From assembly GCF_001194135.2 (NCBI RefSeq), contig NC_068992.1, forward strand, positions 60,660,082-60,724,081: 64,000 nt of DNA. The letters run 5' to 3'. The translations under genes were made by a program, and so were the position numbers. Numbering within the stretch: position 1 is the stretch's first letter; each line of letters opens with the position of its first letter. The notes under the pieces are model-generated. The model did no database searches, was not told the origin of the DNA, and saw only the letters and a program-made list of their open reading frames with translations. Source of the DNA: Octopus bimaculoides (lineage: Eukaryota). Below are positions 25,485 to 39,139 of this stretch, one piece after another.

Positions 25485-26835
25485 GAGAGAGAGTGAAATA
25501 TGTGTAGTTATGCAATACATATTCTAAACGAGCTCGTCATCTCCTCTCTCATCTCTACTACAGCCACCTCTAAGATTACCTCGATGATCATTTGCATCAT
25601 CACCTTTAAAATTTTCTTCGCAACTGAGATGCTACATCATTCCTACTTCCAAATCTTCTTTAAAAATTTTTGTATAGAAATATTAATCTTAAAGAAATAT
25701 CACAGGAAATAAAAACAAAAATGACTATTATTATGATATATACATGATTAACTTTTGATTTATTGCTTCATTTACTTTTGATAACTTTGCTGTCAAAATA
25801 GAAAGATAAACGTAAGTATCTTTGATTTGGGAAATAAAAGAGAATAATAGAAAAATATTGCAATTTTTCTTTAGGCTTAACTGGGAAACTAATTTATGTA
25901 GAGAATTTATATAGTTTATGTCAGTTCATATCTTCGGTTTGGACTGTGAGGAGACGCAAGAATTATATATAATTGGTTTGGTTTAATATCATGATTTCAT
26001 TCTGAAGTAATTCTAGCAGATATTTTTATGCCGTTTTGATATTTCAATACTCTCAGACTCGGCCCTGTTGAATATTTTTTTAGAAATAAACATTTCTGGT
26101 TTTAAATAATGTCGTTGTTGTTGCATTAACTTATTTCCACAACTCTTTAGTCAGTAAAGCGTTTAAACGTGTTTTAAACAGCCCTTTGAATACCTGTAAC
26201 TCTAAAATACGAATATCCGGTTGAGAACTGCTTAATTTCACTGTGAAATTGATCCCTTCACTTTTAAAACTATAACATTGCCATGTATAATTTAGGTGCA
26301 GATTATATTGTAGCTCATCGGGCAGGTTTTATTATCTTTATGAAATAAGATAAAATATAATTTTGTTTGGTCAATGTGCTTCAAATATTTGATGATAATT
26401 ACACGCTAGTTCCGCTTTCACCATTAATTTTGTATCGTAAAAGTTATGGTATTCCTACCATGAGGCTAGCCTAAAAGTTTTAACTGCGCCTCCCGAGATT
26501 CCGTATTAACAATTTTATTTATTGTAATCTAACCCTATTGTGTATATTATTGTATTTGCAAAACTATAGTTTCTTATCGATTGTATTTGCAAAACTATTG
26601 CTTCTTATCGATAATCTAGTAAGTATGGGTGAAGTTACAGTCCGCTTCAGGATGTCAAATGAAACCAAAGCATTCTGGAGTTGTCGCCCCTCCTCGTCAC
26701 GATCGAATTAAAATAATATGTTACTGAGCTCATGTCTATGTCTCTTCACTGAGTAAGTGATTTTAACAAATTTGACTGATCACGTTACTATATTAAGTAT
26801 GATGGATCTAATTTGAAAATCAATATCTATACTCC

Positions 26836-27058
26836 TTTAGGGCGGCGAGTTGGCAGATTCGTTAGTACACAGGGCAACATGGTTAATGGCATTCCGTCCT
26901 TCTTTATGTTCTGAGTCGAAATCCCACCGAGGTTGACTTTGCCTTTCGTCCTTTCGAGGTCGATAAAATAAGTACCAGTTGAGCACCGGGATCGATGTAA
27001 TCGACTTACACCTCCACCACCGAACGTAATGGCTTTCTGCCAACATTTGAAGCCAATA
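26836..27058 (+). mobile_element. Near full-length octopus-type SINE
   Basis: gggcggcgagttggcagattcgttag...ccgaggttgactttgcctttcgtcctttcgaggtcgataaaataagtaccagttgagcac. Confidence 0.85.
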
Positions 27059-28287
27059 TCTATTCTCCCTTCTATAGAATATGGTAGAGATATGGCTTCT
27101 TTAAACTGATTTTCATCAACCATGTTTTGTATTTGACGTCAATATCTGTTTATAAAAATTATTATTGTTTTCACAATGAAAACACACATATTTGGTTAAT
27201 GGCTACGGTACAGGATCAGCGTCTCTTTAGTTGCTGTTGTTCGCACTCAGTTTAGCGCTGACAGAAATACCTACTACCGAAAGCAATTCTGTTCCTGACA
27301 TTCACGTTTATATTACCATACATAGTGAATATAGGACAGAATACGATTTGTTTAGTTTCTTTTTGGTTTAATGGTAGAGTGTAATTTGAGGGAGATTTAA
27401 CTTTCATTCATAGCGACAACACAAGTGCTCACTCGTTGCTTGTAGTGTCAGTTTTTATTAACATAGTGAGAACTAAATGCATTTTAGAGATTTGTTTTTT
27501 TAAATGTGGTAATTTCCTCCAACAATGACCGCCCTGTACTTTTCAAACAACGTAGACCTGATCTTTTTCATGCTGCGTTCTCTTTAAAGTGAACGAGTAT
27601 CGTTAGATGCAAATTTGACTGCTATTTCTGACATTAGTGTGACTGTGCAGGCATTCCCTCGTTCCCGTGTTAGTTCGTTAGTATATTTGTCCATCCTGTA
27701 CGAACATTAGCATCGATTAGCTTAATTATATCTTAGTGTCGTTCAGTTAGAATTCATTAAAAGTTAATAATAGTCCACATTTAGTACAATAGGACGGATA
27801 TAGAAATCACAATTGTTACACTTTCTACATAATGACAGCGAAAACAACTTTGATCTTACTCTACTGAACTCATCTGATTTAAACTACAAAGAGACATCAA
27901 TGCTCAAACTTTTCTGTCTTCTATATAATAGCACTAGATTATTTATGTTAGGTAATTCTTTTTGCTTTATCAAGCATACTTATATTAATTGTCCAGTTTG
28001 GCACCTTTGAATTAATAGAAAAGTATATTGCATACTTAAAAACATTAAATGTTTTTAAAAGAAAAACTACATGAAGGCTAGATTGTGCAGTATTGATTTC
28101 ATTTAACTAGGTACTAGATCAATATTTGTCAGCGTGGGTTGTGTTGCCAAGTTCAAGTAGTGTCAATTTGGTATGTTACAACCGCGAAATATCTTTAAGA
28201 GAACATTGAACATCGATGAAAGTAATTTATTAGCGTAATGTAGGTCTTTCTCTGCTAATTCTTCATCCTAGATTGCTTAATATTAGT

Positions 28288-29130
28288 TTACTAACGGGAC
28301 CCGTGAATATTTCATGGAATTAATGGTAAGCCTATTGAGCTATTTCTGAAAACTTTATCCAAAAAAACCTGAAAACGTAGCCTGTGTTGTGTCTGTATGG
28401 AAAGATAGTTGCTCATCTGCTACTCATTGAAAAGTGAAAGAAATTGGAATATGATGATTACTTAATGCACTTTATATATGCTTTTTATGCACAATTTTAT
28501 TGACTTAATATGCAGCACTCATAAAATAAATATTCACTCTTATTTTCCATCTTTCCCATAAATAAAAAAAAAATATCCCGTGCATATGATACAATCTTTT
28601 TGTTAAATTGCATATATTTGCCACGTATATAAGCGTGAATATTTCACGGAATTGCACTTATGCGCATGCATTAAGTGATAAGTGATATAAAAAAAAAACT
28701 TAGTTCGATAAGAAAAATTGCACTTTCACTATCCAATCACCAGCATCTCTCTCCCCTCTCTCACTCGCCCACTCTCTCCAACTCTCTCCACTCTCTCTCT
28801 CTTTTCTTTCGTTCTCTGCCTTTCGTTAACCTCATCATCAGAACATCACCCCCTCTGCAAAAATTATATTTCTAATTCTCTTCCTCTACCTTCAACTAAC
28901 TTTTTTAACCACACTCCTCTCTCATCTCTTTTTCTTACTTCTTTCTGTCTCACTCTCCGTCTTATCCTCTTTTTCTCTCTCTGCTTTCTTTCTCCTCTCT
29001 TTCCCCTCAACTAATCACGTGAAAGCATTGCAATTACATTCCCTCTACCTCACGTCATGGACGCTTCTCTCTCCCTCTTTTCTTTCTTCCTCTTTTTCTC
29101 TAATCACGTGAAAGCGTTACCAACTGGCTA
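28288..29130. mobile_element. Possible non-autonomous Helitron/HINE-like element
   Basis: Starts actaacgggacccgtgaatatttcatgg. The palindromic cgtgaatatttcacgg motif recurs at about 28634. Internal CT-rich tract and a repeated ctaatcacgtgaaagc (29011, 29100). Classification is by resemblance only. Confidence 0.3.
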
Positions 29131-29135
29131 AGTAA

Positions 29136-29330
29136 CGCAAGGTGGCGCTGGCAGAATCATTAGCTCGTCAGACAAAGTGATTAGCAGCATGTATTCCGGC
29201 TTTACTTTCTGAGTTCAAATTACGCCGAGCTCAACTTCTCATTTCCTCATCCTTTCAAGGCCGATAAAATAAGTACCAGATGAACACTAGCTCCCTTCAC
29301 CAAAATTGCAGGCATTGTGCCGATAGTGTA
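29136..29330 (+). mobile_element. Octopus-type SINE
   Basis: aaggtggcgctggcagaatcattagc...ctgagttcaaattacgccgagctcaac...aataagtaccag. Confidence 0.8.
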
Positions 29331-30086
29331 AAGCATTATCATTTTATGCTTCACTAGCCGTGTGACTTGGTTTATATAAAATACAAGAATTTAAAAAATT
29401 TGGTGATTTAGCAGCGTTAACGAAGTTAGATTCATTCAATAGGAATTGAAATCGCGTCGAGGGTTCAGCAAAGCCTAAGACTCCAGCTTGTTCAATGTTT
29501 CAGGTTACACTGTGTTGAGATTGGTTTTAAGAAATGGCGTTAACTGTCCCTGACAATATAGTGTCATCAATAGGGTTGGGTTAGTTTGAAATTCAAATTG
29601 TTACGGTGCAACAACTGATGATGCCTGACTTAGGAAAACGGCTTTGTGTAGGGTTTATGAATAGGAAATAAGAGTCAGTCGGAAACGTGAGTGCAGGAGA
29701 ACCAAATATCTTACATAGACTCATTTAGGGGCTTTATTTATCTTGTTGATTCGGTAGAGAGGATTCTCTAGCAGAAGTGGTTGATGTGATGGCACAAATC
29801 ATATTAATAGTATAGGCTAATGTTTACATTGTGCATGAGAGTTGTTGTTGCCAATAAACACATTTCTCTTGATTTTGTTTTATGCAGTTTAGGTCGTTTT
29901 TGTTAGTAGCAGGAATTATTTTTTTAATATTCCAAATGGAACAGTTGAGAGAGAAAGATTGAAAACTTGGTAAAAATCCAATCTGTTTTAAAAGTGCAAT
30001 ATTTAAAACGTGAAAGAACAGACACTGTAAGAGCTGGTTTGTCTACAAACTTGGAATACATAGTCACACATCGCAAAAGTATGTAC

Positions 30087-30139
30087 TTGGTAGTATGATG
30101 TGGAGACGTTTTGAAGGGTTTCGTTGTGTGTACGCATGA
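30087..30139 (-). CDS. Weak candidate exon
   Basis: Strong acceptor aattttgtctctgtttcag at 30140. Reads xMRTHNETLQNVSTSYYQ to a weak gtacat donor. The 3' boundary is uncertain. Confidence 0.2.
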
Positions 30140-33100
30140 CTGAAACAGAGACAAAATTATCAACGATGATGTAGGCTTGTTTCTTAAAGTCAAATTACAT
30201 ACACATGGGTAGTTAGTAAAAGATTTTCGCTCTCTCAAAGAAAGATCCAGACACTCTTGTTACTTTTACAGAAGGCCAGATTACAATTTGTGAGGTAGAT
30301 CCAACAGGGAGGACATACGCTGTACTAAGACATTCTTTTATTTATTTGTAGTCTTCATGCGTCATACAGTTGTTCAGTTGACAGTGATAGGAAATTTCTT
30401 CCATTTTTTTGGTAAGGTATGTTTTTCTCCCGTTTAGCTATCGTACATTTGCGTGTGAAATATTTGAAGATTTTTAGGGTTGAAGTGACATAATCCGAAT
30501 AATTCATTATTGTTCTCTTGGCGAGGTCAGTGGTAAAGTATAGTTTTTAACAAGACTAAGGCATGTAAAACTGGCATGTCTCCAACACATTGGCTGCTTA
30601 TGGGAGGCACCAGAGAATTGGGCGACAAGGATCGTTATACGAAAGGACGATCTGGTGTCGGTTTCATTGATTAAATACTAGAATATAAGTAATGCATTTG
30701 ATGCATAAAGTCATGACATAAATAGAAGTTATAAACTAGATGTTTAAGAGTGATAAGTATAATTTGAAAACCTTTGCTTAATCGAAATGTTTTATTATGA
30801 ATACAAAATGCAATTGATTTATAGCATGGAATATAAATTATGAATGATAATATACTTGGAGTTTTCTTTATTCAATTTCTAAATATAAGTATGGATTTCT
30901 TATTTTGGCATTGGGCCACGAATTACAAGTATGTAGTGTATTTGGTTATTTAGGATTTATATATTTTCGCTCAATAAGAGAAAGTGTCTGCAGTGTGTAG
31001 CGGTCAGCAATAAGACATTTATACTAGAAGTACAAGTGGTATAACACACTGTAACTACGTTCTTATTTTTATGTTTTCAGTTTCAATCTATATACTAAGA
31101 ATGGCTGTGTGGTTAAGAAGCTTACTTTGCAACGTGGTGTAGGGGTTCTGATCGGTTGTGCAAGACCTTAGAAAAGTAAAATACCTTTTATTATCACTCT
31201 GATTTTTACCAAAACCTTGAGAATGAAAATGGATTGACTGAAACTTTCGGGAAACATCTCAGAGGACCTGTTCATGTTTTGAGGTGACTTAATATATCAT
31301 CGGTCTAATATCACCCCCTGCTCCTTAGGCGTCTTTATTTGCTTCCAAAGAATTGGAGCAATTTAGATCAATGTCCCAATCTGAGGATTACTTCATCTCT
31401 CACTTACGCGTGTCTCAGAAACCTTAAAAATTAGTCACATACGCTTCCCTTTCACTTTATTCATAAATATTTTTTTTTTAAATTAGCGCCACGTTTGGAC
31501 GAAAGTTCTACAGAAAACTTTGAGCTGTTTATCTTCCTCACATCAAACCAAAATTTGTTTCATTTTACTGGTCTTTATAATCAGTCAATGCTAACACAGA
31601 CGATCTTTAATTCTTTTTGATTCTACTGATTATTTTATTAGATTACTAAACTGTATTCCTTCCTAATCTTCTAGTTTGACATAACCTCCAGCATGTTATC
31701 TTCAATAACATACACTTGTGTATTTAATTCACAATGGCTCCAGAATTTGTTGCAATACCTAAAAACAAATTATAGCGACGAACAGTAGCGGAGTACAAAT
31801 GCATAGAAGAAACAAATATGCCCCAGTGTATTAAGACAATTATCTTAGTAAATAAACTCATGCATCTTTCTTCACTGTTTCTGATCATAAGTTTGTAAGC
31901 CACCGCAGTACGTGTATCTGTTTTCAGTTTCTAACACTTAGATGTATTTTACATAAACTATGAGTGAGCCATGATAGTCATTTAAATCACACGAAATGTT
32001 ATATTCAGTTTTTTTTTTTGTTTTTTTTTTGATATTGTCTTATTTTCGAGTTCAAATTCAGTTTGGTAAACTTTGTCGTTCATCTTTTTGGGGGTCGATA
32101 ATAAACTACTACTTTAACCATCGCTACGATCGATCCTTATCTCTTTTTCTTTAATTTTTCTTTCTTTCTTTTTTTTTGTCTTCTGGTCTCTATTTCCGAA
32201 ATAATTAAAGAGGGATAGCTTCTACCTGATGTTGATGCTCAAGACAGGCCGTGGGACACAGCGACAGCCTTATTTCACATACAGAAGTTAATGAAGCTTG
32301 GATTGGAATGGCAAACTAAAAATTTCCGAAGTAATTCGTTGTCCGTCTTGTAGTGACTACCACAATTCTACATATAGGAGAATTGGTTTGCGTTTCAACG
32401 CACGACCTCAAACCCACCACTTATGTTTATTATATGCTTATGCACGATGGAAATTTCACTTGTATTTACGTTGAATAAACGTAAAGATTTTTTTATTTGA
32501 TTTCATATATTATATAAACTGTATTGATATATAACATAGGTTCAAGGACATAGATTCAGCAGGGTAGGAGGGCGTGCAGTCGAACATATTGACCCCAGAC
32601 CAGATCGTATTTGATTGTATAAGAGACGCACAACCATATTAGACGCACTCTAATTTCAGCAGCTCGTATTCAGGAATGCGTGAACATCAGGGACAAAATC
32701 AGTTTGAAGTATGTTTTTGGAAAACTTGCGTCTAGTATGCCAACAAACAAGCTTAGGTGATCTTATGTCACTGAATCTAAAACATATGAAAGGTAACCTT
32801 CATTCTGGTAGGATTCGAGATCAATGCGTGGTATTTCATCTGTCGCTCTATTGATTTTCCTCTTCCTCTATATTTATATCACCAGTAATATTATTTCGAA
32901 CACTGGTATAAATCTACGTATTTTTAGGACAAAACGAAATTGATAAACATCCATCAGAATAATTGATTGGTACTGATTTCATCGATCCGTGAAATATAAA
33001 AGGAAAAAATTGAACCGCTAGAGAGTACAGTCGATGACGTCATTAAACAAAAGCAATTCTCTCAAGTGTACTTGTGATTTTAGTTTCCATTGCCATTTCC

Positions 33101-34204
33101 ATAATCGATATTAGTGATATTGATGGATGATCCAAACACATAGGGAACTAATATCATTTTTGAGGGTATACAACTCACTCCTTTAATGGGCCTTTATCGT
33201 TTCATATAGCTACACACATTGCTAAAGTTTGTGTGATCAGTGTGCGCGTGTTTGTTAAAAGCATACATATATATATATATATATANNNNNNNNNNNNNNN
33301 NNNNNNNNNNNNNNNNNNNNNNNNNNNNNNNNNNNNNNNNNNNNNNNNNNNNNNNNNNNNNNNNNNNNNNNNNNNNNNNNNNNNNNNNNNNNNNNNNNNN
33401 NNNNNNNNNNNNNNNNNNNNNNNNNNNNNNNNNNNNNNNNNNNNNNNNNNNNNNNNNNNNNNNNNNNNNNNNNNNNNNNNNNNNNNNNNNNNNNNNNNNN
33501 NNNNNNNNNNNNNNNNNNNNNNNNNNNNNNNNNNNNNNNNNNNNNNNNNNNNNNNNNNNNNNNNNNNNNNNNNNNNNNNNNNNNNNNNNNNNNNNNNNNN
33601 NNNNNNNNNNNNNNNNNNNNNNNNNNNNNNNNNNNNNNNNNNNNNNNNNNNNNNNNNNNNNNNNNNNNNNNNNNNNNNNNNNNNNNNNNNNNNNNNNNNN
33701 NNNNNNNNNNNNNNNNNNNNNNNNNNNNNNNNNNNNNNNNNNNNNNNNNNNNNNNNNNNNNNNNNNNNNNNNNNNNNNNNNNNNNNNNNNNNNNNNNNNN
33801 NNNNNNNNNNNNNNNNNNNNNNNNNNNNNNNNNNNNNNNNNNNNNNNNNNNNNNNNNNNNNNNNNNNNNNNNNNNNNNNNNNNNNNNNNNNNNNNNNNNN
33901 NNNNNNNNNNNNNNNNNNNNNNNNNNNNNNNNNNNNNNNNNNNNNNNNNNNNNNNNNNNNNNNNNNNNNNNNNNNNNNNNNNNNNNNNNNNNNNNNNNNN
34001 NNNNNNNNNNNNNNNNNNNNNNNNNNNNNNNNNNNNNNNNNNNNNNNNNNNNNNNNNNNNNNNNNNNNNNNNNNNNNNNNNNNNNNNNNNNNNNNNNNNN
34101 NNNNNNNNNNNNNNNNNNNNNNNNNNNNNNNNNNNNNNNNNNNNNNNNNNNNNNNNNNNNNNNNNNNNNNNNNCTATAGTAGAAAGGGTTATCGTTATTA
34201 TTAT

Positions 34205-34404
34205 TGCTAAGGTGGCGAGCTGGTAGAATCGTTAGCAAGCCGGTATTTCGTCCGTCCTCACGTTCTGAGTTCAAATTCTGCCGTGGTCGACTTTGCCTTT
34301 CATCCTTTCGGAGTCAATAAAATGAATACTAGTTAAAAATACTGGGGTTGATATAATCGACGTGCCCCATCTCCGAAACTACTGGTTTTGTGACAAAATG
34401 TGAA

Positions 34405-34455
<51 letters not shown>

Positions 34456-34790
34456 GCTTAAGGCGGTGAGCTGACAGAATCGTTTGACACCGGGGGGTGA
34501 AATGTTTTGTGGCACTTCGTCTGTCTGCACGTTCTGAGTTCATATTCCACCGAGGCGTACTTTGCCTTTGATCCCTTTCGGGGTCGAAAAATTAAGTACC
34601 AGTGAAACACTGGGGTCGATATGATTGCTAAGGCTGTAAACCGGAAGACTCGATAGCGCACTGGTCAAAATGCTTTCGTCTGTCTTTACGTCCTGGGTTC
34701 AAAATGCAGGTTCGATGAAATAAGTACCAATTGAGCACTAGGGTTGATCTTATCGACCAGCCTCCTCCTTCAAAATTTCAAGTTTTATAA
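34205..34790 (+). mobile_element. Three tandem octopus-type SINEs separated by (ATT)n
   Basis: Heads ctaaggtggcgagctggtagaatcg (34207) and ttaaggcggtgagctgacagaatcg (34458), plus a 3' piece at 34670-34790. (ATT)n at about 34405-34455. Confidence 0.85.
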
Positions 34791-35930
34791 CAGAAAGGAT
34801 TATTATAATTATTTTTTATTGTTGTGATTATTATTTACATTTTAACTATCCTACGCTATGTTTCCAAATCCCTGGTATCTATCTGACCAGAAGCAAATGG
34901 TTTTCACAGTTGAGTTAGTTTAATGAAGGAAAAATCTAGACAAGTGCAGCAGTTAACTTCAGACGAAAACAATTTAAAGTGACGAATATCATGACGAATT
35001 GATTACAAAATAATGTAGTATTTATATTCAGAATGGAATTATACGTGATCAGTTGAAAGAAGAATGGAAATGTAAGTGGAATCACTAAAATTCTTTGAAG
35101 TCTCAGGAGATATTAGCTTTTAGGCCTGGCGTGGGTTACATATAAGTTCAGAAATAAAATGCAAAAGATAAAACAACGTAAAAATGAATATAAATGAATT
35201 CCATTTGTTCCTTTTGTGTTCATTTCTCTTTGTTTCTGTTTTAGCGTCGATTCAACTATAAATTGTCTATCATTTCCTGTAATATGAGTTCCAATTCATG
35301 AACAACGTAAATAGATATATATCACTGCCATATCATGACATAGAATATATAACCTTTCTATTTTGTAAGTCATGCAGTCAGCATTAACAAACCAAACTGT
35401 GATGTGAAGCTGGATTGATTTATCTTCTAGTGAATAAAACATGAATTTTTTTTACAAATTTTATCCAATTGCAGCAATTCTTAGTTACCTCGTGGTTTTT
35501 ACAGTTTTTGCTTCTGAAATTAGTCCATATTGACTATGATTACGTCCTACACTGAATGGCTAAAGTCGTTTTCCAGTTATTTCCGAGTCATTTAATTATA
35601 TTCTTCCATTCGTATTATTTTTTTCAGGTATTTTTTTTTATAATTTGTCTAATCATATTTGCGACCTCACACAGCTATTTCATTGTTGCTTCTACTGATC
35701 TTTGTTGTTGTTTTTATTACAACTTCTATTACTCTCCATCTGCTATTGAGCTATTTCTTTGTTTTATTGTACACCTGTTTAGCTATATATTTACATTTTT
35801 TTTTATTTCTGGTAACGGTCGAATTATTGCTGGAATTGGAACCATTAATCTTTCAACTGCTGGCGAAACTAAGTTAATGTTATTCAAAATCTATGCAATC
35901 ATGAAGGAGAAATAGGAGTGTTTGATAGAC

Positions 35931-35984
<54 letters not shown>

Positions 35985-37854
35985 GTCGATGCATGAAATC
36001 TCATGAAACCTCATGAAATACAAATTAGACATACGTACAAAACTTGTCTCGAAACCCTTTCACCTTGGCCACATTAAACTTAATCATACTCACAGAGAAA
36101 CAAAACCACTTGTAAAGCAACAATTATAAAACTTTATACCGTGTAATACAACATGAAATGTATCCCGAAGTTAATTCTAATACAGAAATGTGAACATATC
36201 CGTCCCGGTCTAGCTTAGAGTGTTGTACCAATACATTCTCTTAACAGCAAGGAGAATGTAAGCAGATGCTGATACATCTATCCTCGTTTACCACGGGAGT
36301 TTGGTTACAAAAGAACACCGTGTTAAATTAATCAGTGAAAAGTGAATATTATACATATGGGAAAAATTGGCTGCGTTCCGAAACTCCAAATTCTCCAGCT
36401 GTGGGTGGTCGGTGGGGCACGCTTTTGTGGTGCAAGCAGAATCTTCGTCTGATATTTGAGCCTCATAATTACAGATCAATTTGTAATAAACGTAATACAG
36501 TCCACATTCAACGTACCATGGGACCCCAAATCTGTGATGAATGAATAAATTATAAAAGAGGATAGCTGTAACGTTTTAACGAGAGCAGAAGCTCGTCAAA
36601 TCGTTCATTGCTTGTATTTGCTGTAAGTCTTTTGTATAGTCACAAACTTTATTTCTACGGCACAAGAAAGAAATTTATTTTGTCAAACTTTTGATGAGAA
36701 TGAAACTGATCAACTGATTCTTTCTTTTTGGCTGCTGAGTCTTCTGTGTATACTTTCACGGTCAAATTCCACTTTCACAAAAATAGAAATGAGAGAAATA
36801 TATAAACTACATTTATTTTTGTCCCTTCCAACTTCGCTTTGAAATAATATCCTATTATATAAATTCACGATGAATGTGTACAACTGGTTGAATTATGAAT
36901 AATATATCATAAGGTGTTCAGTTAAGTCATCTTAAGTATTGATTTTAAAACCTCATCGGGGTCAATTCTGATTTTCCTCTTACTTGGATTGATGAAATAA
37001 GTAACATACAGGCGAAGTATTAAGCTCCATATAAATCACTAAGCCTAAACCTATTAATTTTTGACTCGGTGTCTATCTAGGAAATCAATTATGCCCTCCT
37101 TGATTAATGCATTTCTTCGCAATTTGATTCCGCTGTATTCAGATCAGTAAGAAATATATGGAAGCAAATTTTCTCTTATTCGTAAATCTGCCATACCATA
37201 TTAAGATGTTTAGTCTTCAACAATTGATTTCTTTTCGTTAACTGATTCTGCATTGCGTCAACGAAATCTACCGAACTTCACTAAAGACTATTTAATAAAT
37301 TCTTCATAATTAAAGCAGCGCTTCGCAACATGTTTCTATTGATGAGCGTTAGTGAGAAAATATGAAATCGAAGTTAATAATGGGCATTAGATAGCCTGAC
37401 CGTCTTCTGAATCAAGTATATAAAGTGCTGACTTCACTCTGTTGAACAATTTGAAAAGTTGTTTGCTAATCGTACAATGACGTATTATATTAATTAATAA
37501 GAATCGCGATATTAACCGGCTTTCAGACAGTGTACTGAAAATGTCATCGATATTCAATTAGCATGTACGATAAAAGTTCGAATAGGAATTTAGTCGATCG
37601 CTTAATAATGTCGAAGAAATGTGTAGGCCATATGTAATAACCATGTCTAGCTGCAAAGGTTGCTGATTTGCTTTTCTGCTTGTACTATGTTTGTTGATGT
37701 TTCAATGTCAAATATAATATCGCCAGGTTCAGAACAATGATTCCTACAAGGAATTTAATAATGAAATATTATGAAGCAGGGAAAATATTTCAACGAAACG
37801 CCAATAAATGAAGTTCTGTGCCTCTCATTTCTACTTTTTGATTAAAGATTCGTT

Positions 37855-37961
37855 AGTTTACATTATTTACATTATTTACATTTGACGGATATTTGTCTTC
37901 ATCTTGTTTGTTGTTAACACAGCGTTTCGGCTGTTATACCTTCCAGCCTTCATCAGGTGTC
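37855..37961 (-). mobile_element. Penelope-like element pseudo-LTR fragment
   Basis: Minus strand gacacctgatgaaggctggaaggtataacagccgaaacgctgtgttaacaacaaacaagatgaagacaaatatccgtcaaatgtaaataatgtaaataatgtaaac has a hammerhead core followed by a short tandem tail. Confidence 0.65.
37917..37960 (-). ncRNA. Minimal type I hammerhead ribozyme motif, probably inactivated
   Basis: ACAC-CUGAUGA-A-GGCUG(gaagguauaa)CAGCC-GAAA-CGCU-GUGU. Stem I is ACAC/GUGU and stem II is a perfect 5 bp. Position 16.1 is C instead of the required U. Confidence 0.75.
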
Positions 37962-38130
37962 TTTACGTTCCGTCTTTACGTTCTGAGTTCTACTTCCGCC
38001 GGGATCGACTTTGCCTTTATTTCATCCTTTCGGTGTCGATAAAATAATTATGAGATGTGCAATGGGGTCAATGTAATCAACATTGTTCCTCTCCACGAAA
38101 TTGCTGTCCTTGAGCCAAAACTTGAAACCA
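37962..38130 (+). mobile_element. 5'-truncated octopus-type SINE
   Basis: tttacgttctgagttctacttccgccgggatcgactttgcctt...gtcgataaaat. Confidence 0.8.
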
Positions 38131-39139
38131 ATATTTTATTTATCGATATACCTTAATAATATCACTGTTAATAGAGTATTTATTGTCTGTAAGGAGGATA
38201 AAATCATAATAATCTGTGGAATTATATATCACCAATGTTAAGAAACCTAGCCGGTGCAACTTCAGGACTCGATCTCAATCTGTAGAGATTTAAAACGATG
38301 CTGGTGGTAAATGCATGTATTATCAACGAATTACGAATTTCTCAATAACAAACTAAAGTAACTCCAATGAGTAGCAGACTGTCTCTTAGGAACGCCTGTT
38401 TTAAATACCAGTGTAGTTTAAGGAATAATAAGAGCAATGTACAAAAAAAATATAATATCATAAATTATCAACATCCACTAATCTGAGTAAAATTATTCGT
38501 TTTATACATCTGTACTTACAACAATAGAAAATGCCAATTTAAATAAACACTACTTAGATACCCGCCGCTTTGCTGAGAGCAAAATGCTGAAATATTAAAT
38601 CTAAATTGTTTATTTATTTTAAATGGTTCCTTTAATAGAAAATGTATTCAATTTCAATACAAAGAGTCTTTCAAAGAATTAGAAAGTTATTAACTTCATC
38701 TCTATTTTCACTTTCAGAAACGCAGATGTTATATTCGGCGTTTTTTTTTGTTTTTTTTTTTAATTGAATAAATTATTGGTTTTAGGTAGTGTTAGAGAAC
38801 GCTTAACAAGTAATCTTTTAATGTTGTTTACATAACAAAAACTTTGATTTTAAAAATATTTTATTTAATATTCTGCGAACTCAGTATATACATTGTACAC
38901 TATTTACATTTACTGACATCTACTACTTCTTAAACAACGTTCCATATTCACCATTATGATATGTATATTTTACTGAACTGAAGGAGACGTGACTGCTATT
39001 TTATAGCAGCTTCAGTATCCGCATATAAGGCTCTCACATTTCTGAACATCTGTATATACATATGTTAGTAACGTTTGTGGCAGACAACGAATGCCAAAAG
39101 GAATATTTTTATGATTTTATCAACAATGTCAGGGGAGGG

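Noticed and set aside
26548-26612. 32-bp tandem duplication (attgtatttgcaaaactat...cttatcg x2)
   Set aside because: Simple local slippage duplication. A similar ~50-bp one lies at about 43222-43315.
32240-32320. EVNEAWIGM, resembling a C-type lectin WIG motif
   Set aside because: The frame stops two codons later, and there are no flanking lectin motifs or splice sites.
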